A stretch of 63,906 bases of DNA, filler included, from Octopus bimaculoides (taxonomy: Eukaryota): the NCBI RefSeq assembly GCF_001194135.2. It is 9 parts of 8 records of this genome, joined end to end, with 100 filler letters (N's around TTAATTAATTAA, not from the genome) between each part and the next. Parts side by side here need not be neighbours in the genome. Positions count along the whole stretch, not along the records: positions 62,788 to 63,906 come from NC_069003.1; 8 more parts are not named here. The stretch is one strand, 5' to 3'. Shown piece after piece: positions 62,790-63,906 of the stretch (positions are counted from its first letter, which is position 1; every line of letters begins with the position of its first letter). The notes below the pieces were generated by a model, which saw only the letters and a list, made by a program, of their open reading frames with translations, was not told the origin of the DNA and did no database searches. The translations under genes were made by a program, and so were the position numbers.

Positions 62790-63765
62790 GTAAACTCTTT
62801 AACTAGTTTCAGCTCAAAAGCTGCAGTCATGCTGGAGCACCACCATTGGTTTTGTTACATCTTCATTATTGGAAACCTCCCCTGATATGTGGCATTTGGT
62901 GAATGAGGGAGTTTGATGCTGCTGCCCTCATCTGTGTTTCCTGTCATGGGATAGGCTCATCTGAGTCCCTTGACAGGATGAGATCCAGTTTTGTTTTAAA
63001 TATACATACATCCAGACCATGCAGGTCTCTCAGGCATTTTGGAAGGATATTGAAACCCAAACTGTTACAGTATCTGGTCCTGTATTTTGATGGTGGTGTT
63101 GGGGTCCTAGGCACTATCCAGCTGCACCCCATTCTGCTGTTTGAATAACTTTGAATGCCAAAGTTTGGTACAAGTCCTTCCAGGATCTTCCAGATGTATA
63201 TCACTGCATATGTTTCCTACCTTCATTCTAGGGAGTAGAGTCTTAACATTTTCAACCTTTACCAATAGCTGACATATTGCAGTGGGATGATTTTCTTTGT
63301 GTAGCTTCACTGGGTTGCCTTGAGTTCCATTGTTAATTTTATACTCTGTGGTGACCATTTTTGGGAGCAGTAGTCTAAGCAGTTGAGGATATGTGTCCTC
63401 TAGAGCAGGGGTTTTCAAACTTTTTGACTTGCGGACCCCTTTATATTTCAGGCTTTACCTTAGAGACCCCCTTATAAACGCTTATGAAATTTATACATAA
63501 ATCTTTGCTTAAAATAACATATATTTTTACATTTATTTATTTAACAGTATTTAACAAATGGGTTTATTGTCAATTAAAAGATTTCGATTAAAAAACATAT
63601 ATAAAATCAAATTGCCCATAAAAAGTATTTGCTGTCCACGGACCCCCTGTCTTGTCCTTGTGGACCCCCTGTGGTCCGCGGAGCACAGTTTGAAAACCCC
63701 TGCTCTAGAGGACCATCATGGTTTCCTGTTTTTTCATTCTGAAAGTTCGGAAAATCCATCTAGCT
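62790..63765 (-). mobile_element. CR1-like LINE 3' end interrupted by a hAT MITE
   Basis: WIFRTFRMKKQETMMVL / DYCSQKWSP...ELKATQ*SYTKKI...SYW*RLKMLRLYSLE...YAVIYIWKILEGLVPNFG...FNILPKCLRDL...FKTKLDLIL...DEP. Confidence 0.88.
63406..63702. mobile_element. hAT-Charlie MITE, 297 bp, 16-bp TIR, 8-bp TSD
   Basis: TIR caggggttttcaaact / agtttgaaaacccctg; TSD CTCTAGAG at 63398-63405 and 63703-63710. Confidence 0.95.
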
Positions 63766-63864
63766 AATGTGTATGTATGTATATATGTTTATGTGTATGC
63801 GTATATATGTTTATGAGTATGAATATATATGTGTATGTGTATGTATATATATATATATATATGT

Positions 63865-63906
<42 letters not shown>

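Overview
AT-rich animal genomic DNA from a draft assembly, with many N gaps and eight 100-bp unknown-size gaps tagged TTAATTAATTAA. The dense (TA)n/(CA)n/(GA)n/(AAT)n/(GAT)n microsatellites and the SINE families look like an octopus or other cephalopod genome (inference). No intact host gene is visible. Most ORF-track entries are microsatellite, gap or antisense artefacts; there is one plausible 120-nt host exon at 12691-12810 (-). The window is a nested graveyard of mobile elements: two near-complete Penelope-like elements (PLEs) of different lineages plus fragments, RTE, RTE-BovB, CR1 and L1/Tx1 LINEs, a Mutator element, a Helitron, a Helentron-like non-autonomous element carrying a Gypsy integrase fragment, Tc1/mariner remnants, hAT MITEs, at least four SINE families and a decayed 5S rRNA copy. 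The most striking signal outside the ORF track is a dense and diverse set of type-I hammerhead ribozyme (HHR) motifs. There are about 15 sites of several unrelated sequence families. Some have a complete core (3709-3803, 23251-23289), some carry core variants (CUGUUGA, CCGANGA), and several sit in or beside short fold-back units with no ORF. One PLE terminal repeat is preceded by a tRNA-like Pol III head. All structures were folded by eye; none is validated.
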